Shown here one piece after another: positions 62,361-64,000 of a DNA stretch of 64,000 nucleotides. This DNA is from Torpedo marmorata (Eukaryota). The position numbers were made by a program, and so were the translations under genes. The stretch's first letter is position 1. Every line of letters begins with the position of its first letter. Location: positions 2,480,001-2,544,000 of the forward strand of contig CDRNVU010000045.1 in the NCBI GenBank assembly GCA_977017645.1, given 5' to 3'. A model generated the notes under the pieces. The model was not told the DNA's origin and did not search any database. It worked only from the letters and a program-made list of their open reading frames with translations.

Positions 62361-62366
62361 TGAGAA

Positions 62367-63345
62367 GTTTCTATGTGGGAGATATTGAATAGTTTCTTTT
62401 CTTCGGTCTTCACCAAGGAGAAGGATATTGAGATATGCGAGATAAAAAAAAGCAAATTGGGTAAATATGGAGAATATAGGGATTACGAAAGATGTAATGT
62501 TAGGGCTTTTGAGGCATGTAAAGGTGGATAAGTCTCCGGGACCCGACGGGATCTTCCCCGGGACCTTGAGAGAAGTAAGCGAAGAGATAGCAGAGGTTCT
62601 GACGGTGATTTTCCAAATGTCATTAGAGATGGGGATAGTGCCGGAGGATTGGCGTATTGCGCATGTGGTTCCGTTATATAAAAAGGGTTCAAGGAGGAGG
62701 CCTGGCAATTATCGACCTGTACGTTTGACGTCTGTGGTAGGTAAATTAATGGAGAAAGTTCTCAGAGATAGTACTTATAAATATCTGGATAGACAGGGTC
62801 TGATCAAAAACTCTCAACACAGATTTGTGAGCGGAAGGTCCTGTTTGACCAATGTGATTGAATTTTTTGAAGAGGTGACTAGGAATGTGGATGAGGGTAG
62901 CGCAATGGATGTTGTCTATATGGACTTCAGTAAGGCCTTCGATAAGGTTCCGCATGGAAGGTTAGTTAGGAAGTTTCAGTCTTTAGGTATACATTCTGAG
63001 ATAGTCAAATGGATTGAACATTGGCTGGAAGGGAGAGGCCAGAGTGTGGTAGTGGATAATTGTCTGTCAGGTTGGAGGACGGTGACCAGTGGTGTGCCTC
63101 AGGGATCTGTATTGGGCCCATTGTTGTTCGTTATATATATCAATGATCTAGATGATGGGGTGGTAAACTGGATTAGTAAATATGCAGATGATACTAAGAT
63201 AGGTGGAATAGTGGATAACGAAGAAGGTTTTCAAGTATTGCAGAGGGATTTGGGCTGCTTAGAAAAGTGGGCTGAAAAATGGCAGATGGAGTTTAATGCT
63301 GATAAGTGTGAGGTGCTTCATTTTGGTAAGAAGTATCAGAACAGG
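62367..63345 (+). mobile_element. CR1 RT fragment, interrupted at its 3' side by L1
   Basis: ORF 62467-63426 has intact CR1 RT motifs ([29 protein letters not shown]) up to HFGKK. Confidence 0.95.
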
Positions 63346-64000
63346 AGGGGGGCGTGTCGTGATGGCGTAGGAAGAAGACGCAGAAATACACCTCTCCCAG
63401 CAGATAAAACTAAGAAGACTTTTTAAATAACTCAAAAAAATCAAGAATACCACAAAAAGTGCTATTACTACTTTAAGAATGGCTGGCAGAAAAACGAAAG
63501 AACAAAAAGCTAAAAAAACCATGGTACAAACGACTTTATTACATGAAGAGAAAAGGCCTACCTTGGAGATGGAGCCTGGGACTGTCCTGCAGTTGAAGCC
63601 TGGTAAGCGACCTGGCAAACGCTTGTCTGAATCGGGAACGCCGACGCTACCTCCGCAGGGAGCTGCGGAAGATGGCGCCGGCGCCCGATCTAAAACTACA
63701 AAAAGATTGGAAGAACAAGCGCGCATGCGCAGAATCGCCGATTTGCAAATGCAACTATACGAGGCCAGCGTGACGTCAGCGGAGGCTTCCCAGACCATAC
63801 TACAGGCTGGGAAGCCAGCATTACCGTCGGAATCTGAAGGAGAGAAAGAAGATAGCCAGCTGGGAGAAGAAGATATTGAAGATTTTGATGTATATGAAGG
63901 TGATATGCAGAGAAAATTAAGTACAATGCAAGAGAATATTTTACAGGCTATAGCAAAATTGGAAAGGAAAATGGATGCTAAGCTTAATATGACTATAAGT
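63346..64000 (+). mobile_element. 5' end of a young, probably full-length L1 (short 5' UTR + ORF1 start)
   Basis: G-run start GGGGGGCGTGTCGTGATGGCG interrupts the CR1; CpG-rich; long open frame follows. Confidence 0.72.
63479..64000 (+). CDS. Putative L1 ORF1p N-terminus (partial, open to window end)
   Basis: ATG 63479, MAGRKTKEQKAKK..., 174 codons with no stop; basic N-terminus, acidic tract, then the start of a coiled coil (ILQAIAKLERKMDAKL). Confidence 0.68.
   Translation, partial: MAGRKTKEQKAKKTMVQTTLLHEEKRPTLEMEPGTVLQLKPGKRPGKRLSESGTPTLPPQGAAEDGAGARSKTTKRLEEQARMRRIADLQMQLYEASVTSAEASQTILQAGKPALPSESEGEKEDSQLGEEDIEDFDVYEGDMQRKLSTMQENILQAIAKLERKMDAKLNMTIS

Overview
Vertebrate, non-microbial DNA, most likely a cartilaginous fish (ray/skate-like). 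This is inferred from the repeat repertoire (CR1 LINEs with octamer tails, an HE1-type V-SINE, Rex/Babar, Penelope, L1) and from a GPR139/142-like receptor of the type expanded in chondrichthyans. Most of the window is a deeply nested stack of decayed retroelements. It holds an old L1 (1-14628) split by CR1, younger L1, Rex and Penelope insertions, many more CR1/L1 pieces and a near-complete Rex/Babar LINE. It also holds a Chapaev-like DNA transposon relic, a two-LTR Gmr1-clade Gypsy element (PR-INT-RT-RH order, RT core deleted), a BEL/Pao relic and the 5' end of a young L1 running off the window. The only recognisable host coding sequence is the large coding exon of a class A GPCR (30467-31341, minus strand), whose first coding exon I could not find. 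The most interesting observations are: a ~2-kb L1 inter-ORF spacer carrying a periodic YY1/NRF1-motif array, a CR1 with twin-priming-type 5' inversion, a 2.9-kb tandem duplication with a filled/empty L1 site pair, an 87-bp foldback, an extended tRNA-Pro PBS, a BEL element with an unexplained post-protease region, and several splice-signal-bounded segments in unique DNA. I found no convincing wholly new multi-gene system. Coordinates of old repeats are approximate; no alignments or database searches were run.
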